A stretch of DNA of 64,000 nt from Candidatus Saccharimonadales bacterium. Lineage in GTDB: Bacteria; Patescibacteriota; Saccharimonadia; Saccharimonadales; JACDFO01. The stretch lies in NCBI GenBank assembly GCA_038255465.1, contig JBBSLJ010000001.1, positions 54,274-118,273 on the forward strand, written 5' to 3'. Under the pieces are notes generated by a model that was not told the origin of the DNA, ran no database searches, and was given only the letters and a program-made list of their open reading frames with translations. Positions 51,395 through 60,249 of this stretch are shown here, in pieces; positions within the stretch are counted from its first letter, which is position 1, and every line of letters starts with the position of its first letter. The position numbers and the translations under genes were made by a program.

Positions 51395-52063
51395 ATGACA
51401 ACGCTCGAAGGAAAGAAGGAGTTGGTTGCCGATTTGCTTTATGCGCTCGGCGCCATCCAGATCGACACTGAAGTCGGATTCCGGCTCAAGTTGCACGAAA
51501 GGCTGCCCAGCGCACCGCTTTCGCCGATCTATCTGAACCTGAGGACACCGGATCATTCTAAGAACCCGGGACCTCTGACGCCAGAGATCATGCAACTCAT
51601 CGCAGAGTTGATGGATGAGATGTCGCTCGGTCTGGGCAAAGAGTGCTTTACCGGCATCCCGGAAGCTGGCGAGCCTTTTGCGGACTATTTCGAGAAGATC
51701 GTCGGCGCAAGCCGCCTCCGCCTGCAGAAGGTAGAAAAAAACGGCAAGCGCTGGATCGACGATCATTTCACAGGCGATTTCGAGCCGGGCGACCGCTGCA
51801 TCATCATCGACGACCTCATCACGCAGGCCGATAGCAAGCTGGAGGCCATCCGTGCTTTGACACACTCGACGCTCCAAATATCCGGAGTGCTAGTCGTTGT
51901 CGACCGTATGCAGGGAGGTCGTCAGCAGCTTATGGCAGCGGGTCACCGGCTATTCGCCATTTTCACGCTGCACGAACTGCTCAGCCATTACGCCCGGAAG
52001 GGCTACATCGATCAGTCGCAGGCCGAGACAGTGCTGAAGTACATCGCGGTCAACCAGGCCTGA
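51395..52063 (+). CDS. pyrE: orotate phosphoribosyltransferase
   Basis: F.LK...SPIYLNLR, PRPP loop IIIDDLIT...S, VVDR.QGG. Confidence 0.87.
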   Translation: MTTLEGKKELVADLLYALGAIQIDTEVGFRLKLHERLPSAPLSPIYLNLRTPDHSKNPGPLTPEIMQLIAELMDEMSLGLGKECFTGIPEAGEPFADYFEKIVGASRLRLQKVEKNGKRWIDDHFTGDFEPGDRCIIIDDLITQADSKLEAIRALTHSTLQISGVLVVVDRMQGGRQQLMAAGHRLFAIFTLHELLSHYARKGYIDQSQAETVLKYIAVNQA

Positions 52064-52135
52064 ACTCTCACCCCAGGGCCGCCGGTCCCTAGCGTCACGC
52101 ATCCAGCGTGAATCTAAAACCGGCACCTACCAAGT

Positions 52136-52312
52136 TTATTCATTATGTTTAGTGGCTAAATGCCACAACTGGCAGTGCCGACACTTATAAGCTCTTAATT
52201 TGGCACCATGCTGCCAGTCAGCAACCACGCCAGCAGCTGTCGCTTGGGTCTTTGTATCGAAAACCATTTTCTCTGAACACGGTAAGGCAGGCTCTTCATC
52301 CTCTTTAAACAT
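52136..52312 (-). CDS. small zinc-finger-like protein
   Basis: PC.EK...RAYKCRHCQLWHL; ATG 52312 just after TATAAT. Confidence 0.65.
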   Translation of the reverse strand: MFKEDEEPALPCSEKMVFDTKTQATAAGVVADWQHGAKLRAYKCRHCQLWHLATKHNE

Positions 52313-52348
52313 TCCATAAATTATACACGCCCAAAACCCAATGATACG

Positions 52349-52386
52349 TGTTATATATTTCACGCTATAGCGTGAAATATATAACA
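52349..52386. repeat. perfect 38-bp palindrome without spacer
   Basis: tgttatatatttcacgcta|tagcgtgaaatatataaca. Confidence 0.9.
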
Positions 52387-52428
52387 ACCGACTTGGGTGG
52401 TCTGCAAGTCGGGGTTTAACAGATAAGC

Positions 52429-53691
52429 TTAATCAACAAATTCTTTGCAGAGGTATTCAAATACTGCGTTAGTCCAGCCAAAGCCGGTTTGAGATGGGTA
52501 GACTCCCTTGGCGGGCGGCTTACCCGGACTAACGACATTATATTTTTCAAGGAATAGACCGTGTTCGCTGAACCAGTTCAGGTTATTGCGTAGCCACTTC
52601 ATAGCAATACGCTTTGCATCTTCATGGTAGCCGTATTTTAGAAGACCTTTAATGATCAAGAAGTGCAGCGGCGCCCAGCCATTTGGATACGCCCACTGAG
52701 CTGGCATTGTTCCTGGCACAACCGAGCCAGGAATGACCTGTTGCACCATTTGGCCGTCAGTAGTTGCAAGTCCGCCTCGTTGCTCAAAACGCCTAATTGA
52801 CTTGACCATTTGAGCAGCCTGCTTTTGATCGACCATGCCTGCCCACAGTGGATAGTAACCAGCAAGCGAGCTAACTGTTCCACGCCGCTCTTTGGCAAAG
52901 TTATAATCAAAATAATAACCGCGCAAATTGCTCCACATAAGATTGCGCATGGTCTCTGCACGATGACGAGCAGCCGTCTCCCATTCGCCCGCTTTTCGGA
53001 TATCTTGTATATGACGGTAGTACCGCGCAAAGTCCATTTCGTATTTATACAAAAGGGCGTTTAAATCTGCCGGCAAAAAATTAAGCGCCTTACGGCCAAA
53101 GCGGGTTGTCATGTCCCAGCCGCTTTCGGCTTCAGCAAGGTCGTGCAGATAGTTTGTATCGTAATACCGGCTCAGCCCCTGATAAACTAGGCGGGCATTC
53201 GGCTTGCTTTCACCCATCCATACCGTTTTATATTCTTGCTCTGCGGTTGCAATTGCTTGTTTAAGCCATTTTTCCGGCATATGGTAGGTATCAAAAATGT
53301 CCCAAATAAAACTAGTTAGAAATGGCGGCTGACTGCGGCCCATAAGATACATGCGCGAGGCGTTCGGAATGACCTTGTAGCGCCTAAACATATGCATAAG
53401 GTTTTCGACCATGCCGACCACCAAATCTTTATGCTCCTCATCAAGCATGCCTTGGATCATGAAATAACTGTCCCAGTAATACATTTCGTTAAAATCAAAT
53501 TCATGGCCTTTTTCATAGGCCGGGACCAGGTATTTATTTGGCAGTCCGAGCAAGCTTTCATCGTCTTTGGGGTGGTAGCGCTCAAGATTATGCCAGTATG
53601 CCTCGATATAGGCTCTAGCGGCAGCTACATCCTCGGGCTTTAAGTCACTCCCTTTTTTAAAAGGGTTCAGGTTTTTGGCTTTACTAAGCAT
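52429..53691 (-). CDS. alpha,alpha-trehalase (GH37)
   Basis: FNEMYYWDSYF, PNA.R.Y...RSQPP, AESGWD, QWAYPNGWAP, EKYNV, GFGWTN. Confidence 0.92.
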   Translation of the reverse strand: MLSKAKNLNPFKKGSDLKPEDVAAARAYIEAYWHNLERYHPKDDESLLGLPNKYLVPAYEKGHEFDFNEMYYWDSYFMIQGMLDEEHKDLVVGMVENLMHMFRRYKVIPNASRMYLMGRSQPPFLTSFIWDIFDTYHMPEKWLKQAIATAEQEYKTVWMGESKPNARLVYQGLSRYYDTNYLHDLAEAESGWDMTTRFGRKALNFLPADLNALLYKYEMDFARYYRHIQDIRKAGEWETAARHRAETMRNLMWSNLRGYYFDYNFAKERRGTVSSLAGYYPLWAGMVDQKQAAQMVKSIRRFEQRGGLATTDGQMVQQVIPGSVVPGTMPAQWAYPNGWAPLHFLIIKGLLKYGYHEDAKRIAMKWLRNNLNWFSEHGLFLEKYNVVSPGKPPAKGVYPSQTGFGWTNAVFEYLCKEFVD

Positions 53692-53808
53692 GCTCCTAGA
53701 CTAGGGGATTAAGCGGTTTCCCGTCAATGACTTAATGGCTAGTTATGGCAATCCGGCCAACTTTGGCACGTAAAACGTTTATTTTTCATAGTGTAGAATA
53801 AAGGCAAT

Positions 53809-54543
53809 ATGATTTGTACGGCTGATGACGTGAATAAGCTAGGTACTATTCTTGGAGTCTGGGCACATCCAGACGACGAAAGCTGGTGCATGGGCGGTCT
53901 TATGGCTAGCGCCGCATCCTCCGGCCAACGAGTTGTCTGCGTAACCGCAACTTGCGGAGACGCTGGCAGAACCGCCGACGAAAAAAAATGGCCGCAAAAT
54001 TGTTTGGGTGAAATACGTAGGGCTGAGCTTGAGAAATCCATGAAGATACTTGGCGTTACAGAACATATATGGCTGGATTATCAAGACGGCGAGCTCTCAA
54101 GTGTTGAAGATAAAGAGGCGGCCAATGAAATCGCAGCGATTATAAAGCGGATACACCCCGATACGATCATAAGCTTTGGGCCGGATGGCATAACCGGTCA
54201 TGACGATCATCGAACTGTGTATGCCTGGACACTGGCTGCTATTAAACAGGCAAACTCAAGTGCTGTCTTTTACCGGGCGGTTGAATCGACAGAAAAATAC
54301 GAAACAGTTGGCAGAAAGTGTGATGAGCGTTTTAATATTTACTTTAATATTGACGAGCCAGAGACAGTTCCGAAAGCAGAGATGGATTTATTATTTGAAT
54401 TACCCGACCAGGTATTGCAACAAAAGGTCGAGTCACTGCGGGTTCAAGAGTGCCAAACCGCTGGCATGTTTGCTGATCCAATAGGCTATCAATATATTTT
54501 AAAGTGCATTGAGCACGAGGGTTTTATGAAAGTAGTAGCATGA
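53809..54543 (+). CDS. PIG-L family deacetylase (MshB/BshB-like)
   Basis: AHPDDE, T.GDAG, R.AEL, GHDDH. Confidence 0.9.
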   Translation: MICTADDVNKLGTILGVWAHPDDESWCMGGLMASAASSGQRVVCVTATCGDAGRTADEKKWPQNCLGEIRRAELEKSMKILGVTEHIWLDYQDGELSSVEDKEAANEIAAIIKRIHPDTIISFGPDGITGHDDHRTVYAWTLAAIKQANSSAVFYRAVESTEKYETVGRKCDERFNIYFNIDEPETVPKAEMDLLFELPDQVLQQKVESLRVQECQTAGMFADPIGYQYILKCIEHEGFMKVVA

Positions 54544-55523
54544 AAAAATTATTTACACTGGTTTTCTTATTAGCGGTACTGTTTCCATACGCATCGGCAG
54601 GCGCAGACACCAGTCTTCAGATATCGCCGGCAAAAAACAGCTTTACCGCCCAGCCAGGCTCAACAGTTAGAGCAACTATCTCACTTAAGAACCCGACTAA
54701 CACGCTGACGACTGTTACTGTCGTGCCGCGTGATTTTGATGCCAGTCCTAACCTTGACGGTCAACCGAAAGTTATCGAAAATGGCAGCTCGCCCTACGGC
54801 ATTTCAAATTGGCTGACTGACGCTAATCTCGATAAAAAACTAACTGTGCCCGCCAATCAGGTAATCGAATATGAAGCTGTGTTCAGAGTGCCGAACACTG
54901 CCAGCGAAAAGACCTATTTTGGTTTAGTGACATTCGAGGTTGAAGACCATGAAGATGCCGCAGAAGCGCTTGGTAGCATTGTTTTTATTACGGTAGGCAA
55001 CCCGAAGACCAGCCTGGGCATTAATAAGCTTGAATTTGGAGAATCAGACGACGCAAGCAAACGCCACGGTGTATTTACTGCCTTTGTTGATAATACGTCT
55101 GATGCGCTGTCGACTCCCAGGCTAAAACTTAAGATAAGTGACAATGAAGGCAATATCGTCGTTGAACTGGATCAGGATAGTGAAGGATCGGTGCTACCTA
55201 AATCGACTCGTAAATTTACGTTTACTCCCTCTTCGGAGTTGCCAAACAAACAGCTCACAGCCACGCTGACAGCTGTTGACCAGAACGGCACGACAGCAGA
55301 CAAAAGCATACAGCTGGACCGCGAACCCGATAGCGCCGTTACTTCTGGTGACGGTACTGCAAAAGCGGACACAAATCTGCTCGTTCCAATATTGTTAGCC
55401 CTTGCGGTCATAGCGGCCGCAATAACCGCCGGAGCAATCAAACTATACAAACAAAGAAAACTAAAATCACCCATGACGCCTAGCGCACAAGAAGACATCG
55501 ACCCGCAGAACGACAAAAAATAA
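54540..55523 (+). CDS. DUF916-like surface protein with C-terminal TM
   Basis: signal peptide, LQISPA, VPNTA...YFG; architecture mirrors 14526..15509. Confidence 0.65.
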   Translation: MKKLFTLVFLLAVLFPYASAGADTSLQISPAKNSFTAQPGSTVRATISLKNPTNTLTTVTVVPRDFDASPNLDGQPKVIENGSSPYGISNWLTDANLDKKLTVPANQVIEYEAVFRVPNTASEKTYFGLVTFEVEDHEDAAEALGSIVFITVGNPKTSLGINKLEFGESDDASKRHGVFTAFVDNTSDALSTPRLKLKISDNEGNIVVELDQDSEGSVLPKSTRKFTFTPSSELPNKQLTATLTAVDQNGTTADKSIQLDREPDSAVTSGDGTAKADTNLLVPILLALAVIAAAITAGAIKLYKQRKLKSPMTPSAQEDIDPQNDKK

Positions 55524-55546
55524 ACAAGTAGCTTACGTTAGTGATA

Positions 55547-56299
55547 CTAACTATTGGTTTGAAGGGCAAAAATTATACTGTCCGGATTTACTTCAACGTA
55601 CTTATCCGTATCAAGCGAATATTGCAACGCAGTTATCTGGTCTTTTACTTCAAATACTCGCGGCCAACCAAACTCCTTACCGTAATTTGTTAGTGTAGCA
55701 GTAGGATTGAACATTATCGGCAGTGTTGCGTACTCAAGCATGGGGATGTCACTTACCGTGTCGCCCATGGCCACGCTACCCGGAAGGATTACAGTGCCCG
55801 CGTTTACAAGCCGCTTCAGAATGACAGCTTTATCACCCACCGAAGAAGCAACGCCAGTAAATCGTCCATCTTCATGTTCAAAAATACTGCCATACGCCTT
55901 GTCGGTGTTAAGGTCTGCAAGAAAAGGTTCTACCAAAATATCAGGTGAACCGGAAATTGCGATAATGTGATGGCTTGTCCTCAGGCTCTGTATCAATCTA
56001 CGCGGAAATGCAAATTTTCGAACTTGATGCTCTGCAATCATATCGTCTGTAACTTTCTTAAACCGCTCTACTTCTACGCCGGCAATCTGCCCCACAAAAG
56101 TTCCCACTAAACGATGCAAGAACGCTTGATAAACACCTTCATTATTATTAACTTGCCAGCGCCGCCTGTTTGCATATACCTCATTAAAGGGCTCAGCCGG
56201 AAATAGACCATCACTAATACACCTATCTACAACCTTTTCTGCCAGGCTTGATTTAAAGATAGTCCCGTCAACATCAAATGCAGCAAATGGTCGTGCCAT
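55547..56299 (-). CDS. HAD-IB (SerB-like) phosphatase
   Basis: FDVDGT, ISGS, K, GDTVSDIPML. Confidence 0.85.
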   Translation of the reverse strand: MARPFAAFDVDGTIFKSSLAEKVVDRCISDGLFPAEPFNEVYANRRRWQVNNNEGVYQAFLHRLVGTFVGQIAGVEVERFKKVTDDMIAEHQVRKFAFPRRLIQSLRTSHHIIAISGSPDILVEPFLADLNTDKAYGSIFEHEDGRFTGVASSVGDKAVILKRLVNAGTVILPGSVAMGDTVSDIPMLEYATLPIMFNPTATLTNYGKEFGWPRVFEVKDQITALQYSLDTDKYVEVNPDSIIFALQTNS

Positions 56300-56344
56300 G
56301 CCATATAGTTTGCATTAGCCGCCAAGCCCATGCAAGCATAAGCA

Positions 56345-56391
56345 AAACAAAAAAGCACTATCGAAAGTCGATAATGCCCATTTGGTGGAGC
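56345..56391. repeat. att direct repeat, left copy (displaced tmRNA 3' end + terminator)
   Basis: aaacaaaaaagcactatcgaaagtcgataatgcccatttggtggagc; 41/47 identical to 61746-61792. Confidence 0.9.
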
Positions 56392-56634
56392 ACCTTGAAA
56401 AAAGTTCACCCCTCATTGTCGAGGAAGTGCATCGCTGGCGCGATTTACTCTGGGACGACTATTTAGATTATCAGCACCACAAGAAATACTCATTAGAGAT
56501 ACATAACCCCTGAGGGTATACCCCTCTATATAGGAACAGGTGGGGCAGGTAGAATTTAGTAAGAGCTCGATGATGAGTATTAACTGCATCAAGTATCTAT
56601 CTTAATTATAACATTTAGGGCTTTGGGGCTTGCT

Positions 56635-57360
56635 CTACTGCTTAGTAAGCTGAAAAACTAAGTTATCACATTCAAGCTGGGCTGTTCCAATAGCGGCGAC
56701 CATTACATCTGGCTCTATAGTATGAAGACCTGGCTTCTCCCAAGGATCAGCGACCAAGAAATTACCCTTTTCGTCATTCCCGTAGATGACAACACTATGA
56801 TTCCATGCTTTACCGTTAACATCATCTGGCTTTGTCTCATTCTCGCCGACATTACTTGTCCTGCCCTTACCGTACAAAGTATCAAACGATAGACATGGTA
56901 ATACGGGTCCATTCATTAGTAATCCATAAAGTAGACTGCTCTTAATAGCATTCACAATGTGCAAATCACCGCCAGATTGAATAAATTCTATGTATGCCTG
57001 ACAATATGCGTCGTTCCATAATTCGCCAAGACTAGGCACTTTTAACCCAGACTTCCTTGCTTCTAGTCGCTCAATAATCTCTGCTGGAGAGAGCTTAGAC
57101 CAAGACTGGTCAATAACTTGAACATCTGCCGTGTAAAGCACGACATCAAAGCCAAGCGTCTTACACCAAGTTGCCATTTGTTGATTGATAGTGCCGAAGT
57201 TCTCACCTTTTTCATTTTTTACTTGAGGTACTTTGGAGGAAACATCATCAACGCTAATCTCGTTACCATAGTATTCAAGCAACATACTCAGAGCAGTAGG
57301 GCTACAAGTTGTGTTGGTCGGTTGATATTGGTGCTTGATTTCATATTCTGTCTTATTCAT
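56635..57360 (-). CDS. peptidase C39-like (papain-fold) protein
   Basis: QYQP..TTCSPTAL.M, NHSVVIYG, VADP (Q-C-H-D). Confidence 0.78.
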   Translation of the reverse strand: MNKTEYEIKHQYQPTNTTCSPTALSMLLEYYGNEISVDDVSSKVPQVKNEKGENFGTINQQMATWCKTLGFDVVLYTADVQVIDQSWSKLSPAEIIERLEARKSGLKVPSLGELWNDAYCQAYIEFIQSGGDLHIVNAIKSSLLYGLLMNGPVLPCLSFDTLYGKGRTSNVGENETKPDDVNGKAWNHSVVIYGNDEKGNFLVADPWEKPGLHTIEPDVMVAAIGTAQLECDNLVFQLTKQ

Positions 57361-57525
57361 ACACCAATAATAACAGAATTTAGGTCGCCAGAGCGTCGCA
57401 CAATAAAGATTGTGAGACCTACCTCAACAGGGGTAGGGGTTTAATTTTAGCGACATATGAGCTTGTCAAGTGCTTGTTATTTTCCGCTCACCCCTGTTAA
57501 AAAACCTATTATACAATAATGACTT

Positions 57526-58641
57526 TTACAGTCCGAAATGGTCTAGGGATTGAGCTAAATGCACTTTACCAACCTCAATTTTCTCACGCACCTCATCAGT
57601 CGGCGACCATGTATATCGTCGTATTCGTAAAGTCATCTTAGACAAAACATATCTTAAACGCATCAGCTCGAATCTCTCATCAAAGTCGGCTGGCTTTTCG
57701 GCTACCTGCCAATAACCATCAAGGAAGTCTTTCATTCGTGAGGGATCAAAAAATGTACTCCAACAAGCAATATCGCTAGTCGGGTCACCGCCAACACACT
57801 CGTCCCAGTCCAAAATACCAGTAACGTCCTTACCGTCAGTTAGTAAGTTCCAATCGGCGAAGTCGTTATGAACTAATACAGCTTGTGGTACGTCTAGCAA
57901 AGGATTGCCTTCATTAAATAGTGTACTTACGGCTTGTGATTGTTCTCCGGTCAAAATGCTTTCTTTAGTCAGCACATCAAGATTAAATGGTAATCCCGCT
58001 CGAACGGCCTCACCAAACGTATCGTGAAGTCCAATCAGTTCGCCTGACTTAGCTTTTTCATTATCAAATGCACCAAAACCGTTAACTTGTATCTGATGTA
58101 GTCGTGCCATCATCCTGCCTATCTGTGGCAATAGCTTGGCTTCATCATCAGGATGTTGTTCCAACCATTTCTTAATTGCTGTACCTGACAACTTTTCTAT
58201 GACTTGAAAGGCGAAGTCATCACCATTTTCATAGTCATGGACAGCTAACGTGTCATAGCTAGGTAAGTCGGACTCTTTTGCTCTTTTTGCAGCTTCCGCC
58301 TCCGCATGAAAGTAACCATTCTTAATACCTTTAGGGTGGCAACGGATAATAACTTCTTTGCCAGATGCAAGCACACCAGACCTAACAGAATTCACGTTAC
58401 CAAGATTAGTCTGTGCCTCTAAATCCAGCGGCTCAATAGCAGCCAGCTTATTTTCACCGAGCACATTGTTAACAGCTCCAACGAGCTCATTATCAGTAAA
58501 ATAACGGTGTCGGTCAGCCCATATATGCCCTGCTTGCTCTGGATCAACGGCACGGTCAGTCTGCCAGTAAAAGACATCTTGCCTGTCGGCTATACCAGCG
58601 TTGATTTTTTCCATATCAAGATTTGTCATTTGTTCAATCAC
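57526..58641 (-). CDS. aminoglycoside/choline phosphotransferase (APH) family kinase
   Basis: LVHNDFADWNLL and ILDWD motifs, GDP..D. Confidence 0.85.
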   Translation of the reverse strand: MIEQMTNLDMEKINAGIADRQDVFYWQTDRAVDPEQAGHIWADRHRYFTDNELVGAVNNVLGENKLAAIEPLDLEAQTNLGNVNSVRSGVLASGKEVIIRCHPKGIKNGYFHAEAEAAKRAKESDLPSYDTLAVHDYENGDDFAFQVIEKLSGTAIKKWLEQHPDDEAKLLPQIGRMMARLHQIQVNGFGAFDNEKAKSGELIGLHDTFGEAVRAGLPFNLDVLTKESILTGEQSQAVSTLFNEGNPLLDVPQAVLVHNDFADWNLLTDGKDVTGILDWDECVGGDPTSDIACWSTFFDPSRMKDFLDGYWQVAEKPADFDERFELMRLRYVLSKMTLRIRRYTWSPTDEVREKIEVGKVHLAQSLDHFGL

Positions 58642-58650
58642 TTTATTACC

Positions 58651-59187
58651 CTAGGTATTTTCCACGATATATTTTGCAGCATCAAGTAGCGTAGGTGCAG
58701 TATATATTGCTTCTGGTGACACCACTTTCTCTCCTGTAGCCGTCTCTACAAGTATTCCACCTTTGCAGCCAGCATTTATGGCAGCTTTTATGTCGGTCTG
58801 TGCGTCGCCAACCATATAAACCTGGGATAGGTCTAAGTCAAAATCCTCTGCCGCTTGTAGCAACATTTTTGGTCCAGGCTTACGCCAATCAGTATTGTCG
58901 GGTCGTTTCATTTCGCCGTTCATATATGTCTTAAGGAACCTTACTCTACTTGGCTCTAGCTGACGTAAGACCTGGTTGTGTATTTGCCAGAACTCTTCTT
59001 CGGTTAATCGTCCTTCTTCAATTCCAGCCTGATTTGTGATTAGAATAACTGCAAAATCATTGTCTGCCAAATACTTTAATCCCTCGATACTGTCGGGGAA
59101 TAATTCTATCTTCTCAACTTTATCGACACGCAAATCTGGTGGATCAACAATAATGGTGCCATCTCGGTCTAGTAGTGCAACTTTCAT
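58651..59187 (-). CDS. HAD-IIIA phosphatase (GmhB/HisB-N-like)
   Basis: LDRDGT, TNQAG, RKP.P.ML, MVGD...DI; start at MKVALL. Confidence 0.85.
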   Translation of the reverse strand: MKVALLDRDGTIIVDPPDLRVDKVEKIELFPDSIEGLKYLADNDFAVILITNQAGIEEGRLTEEEFWQIHNQVLRQLEPSRVRFLKTYMNGEMKRPDNTDWRKPGPKMLLQAAEDFDLDLSQVYMVGDAQTDIKAAINAGCKGGILVETATGEKVVSPEAIYTAPTLLDAAKYIVENT

Positions 59188-59439
59188 AACTAAATGATAA
59201 CAGGGATAAACAGTATTAGCCACAAAATACCTCAACATAAACCCTAAAGCTTGTCCAAAGCCCTGAAAATGCGTCATAGGGGGCGTTTTAATTGGGGTTT
59301 CTTGTTCACCTAATGCACTTTAATATCACAGTCCATCTGCTTCTGAGATTTTTTTCCATAATTTTGACCCTCAACGCCATTTATTCGTTATTTACTGAAC
59401 ACCAAATCTCGTAAAAACATAGCGAAAGCAACTGAAATT

Positions 59440-59673
59440 TTAGAAATATGTACTGAAACTAAATACTACTTTATTTCGATTTTCTTTAGCTGCCTTAATC
59501 TTCTCATTAAACACTTCACTATTCCTCATGTAATAAAAGAAAGTAGTGGTACTAATCCCACTCCAACGGCACGCTTCAGTGATTGAACTGTTATGTTGCA
59601 AAGCATCCATGAGACTTAGCATCGTTTTATATGTAACTTTTGGTGGTCTTCCTGTAGCTTTTTTAATTTCCAT
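59440..59673 (-). CDS. small HTH protein, terminase-small-subunit-like N-domain
   Basis: GRPPK...ITEACRWSGISTTTFFYY...F...I..A; AGGAG upstream. Confidence 0.6.
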   Translation of the reverse strand: MEIKKATGRPPKVTYKTMLSLMDALQHNSSITEACRWSGISTTTFFYYMRNSEVFNEKIKAAKENRNKVVFSFSTYF

Positions 59674-59734
59674 TAAACTCCTTTGTTTTCGGCATTATCT
59701 CTCTTCTCATTATCTCAAATACACAATTTTCGAC

Positions 59735-59763
59735 TTGACAATGCTTATGGTAAAGAGTATAAT
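59735..59763 (+). promoter_or_regulatory. consensus sigma70 promoter inside the element
   Basis: TTGACA (59735-59740), 17-bp spacer, TATAAT (59758-59763); directed toward the recombinase. Confidence 0.75.
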
Positions 59764-59863
59764 TATAAGTACGATAGTGAGAGCCTTAGTGTCATTGAAC
59801 AAATAGACACTATGCAGGAATCTCCCCATTAGTTTTTCGATACTTTCTAGTATTGACTGACAA

Positions 59864-60127
59864 ATGGATGATCCATCGAAAGTTCAATCAGAATCAAAAA
59901 CAGCAAGCCCACGCCAAGAAATGGTGGGTGGTTTTGTTGCACCAACAAAAAGGACAGAAGAGTCCTCATTTTTAAGCGTACCTGGTGGATCAAACTATTC
60001 ATCTGAGACTCATCCGCAAACCCATAAACAAATATGTAGTTACGATAAAGCTGACCTGGACGAATATTGCTTATGGTTGTATGGCATTTATGAGGAATCA
60101 ATTATAAACTCAAGTCAACGCACTTAG
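59864..60127 (+). CDS. hypothetical protein (possible recombination directionality factor)
   Basis: 87-aa ORF between the consensus promoter and the recombinase; function is inferred from position only. Confidence 0.35.
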   Translation: MDDPSKVQSESKTASPRQEMVGGFVAPTKRTEESSFLSVPGGSNYSSETHPQTHKQICSYDKADLDEYCLWLYGIYEESIINSSQRT

Positions 60128-60249
60128 CGGAAATAGGGGGAGCTCGGCATGTTACTTTTTATCAATCTTCAAAAATACAAATGGCAGTCAAAACACGACT
60201 TTGCCGAGCCGTTCCCTTTGGCTGCCGTTCGTGCATTTGAGGTAGTCTT

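Noticed and set aside
56390-56401. boxA-like GCACCTTGAAAA at the left att junction
   Set aside because: No associated promoter; explained as att junction plus the alternative recombinase tail.
57526-58641. Aminoglycoside resistance gene
   Set aside because: Only generic APH/choline-kinase motifs are visible; substrate cannot be inferred.
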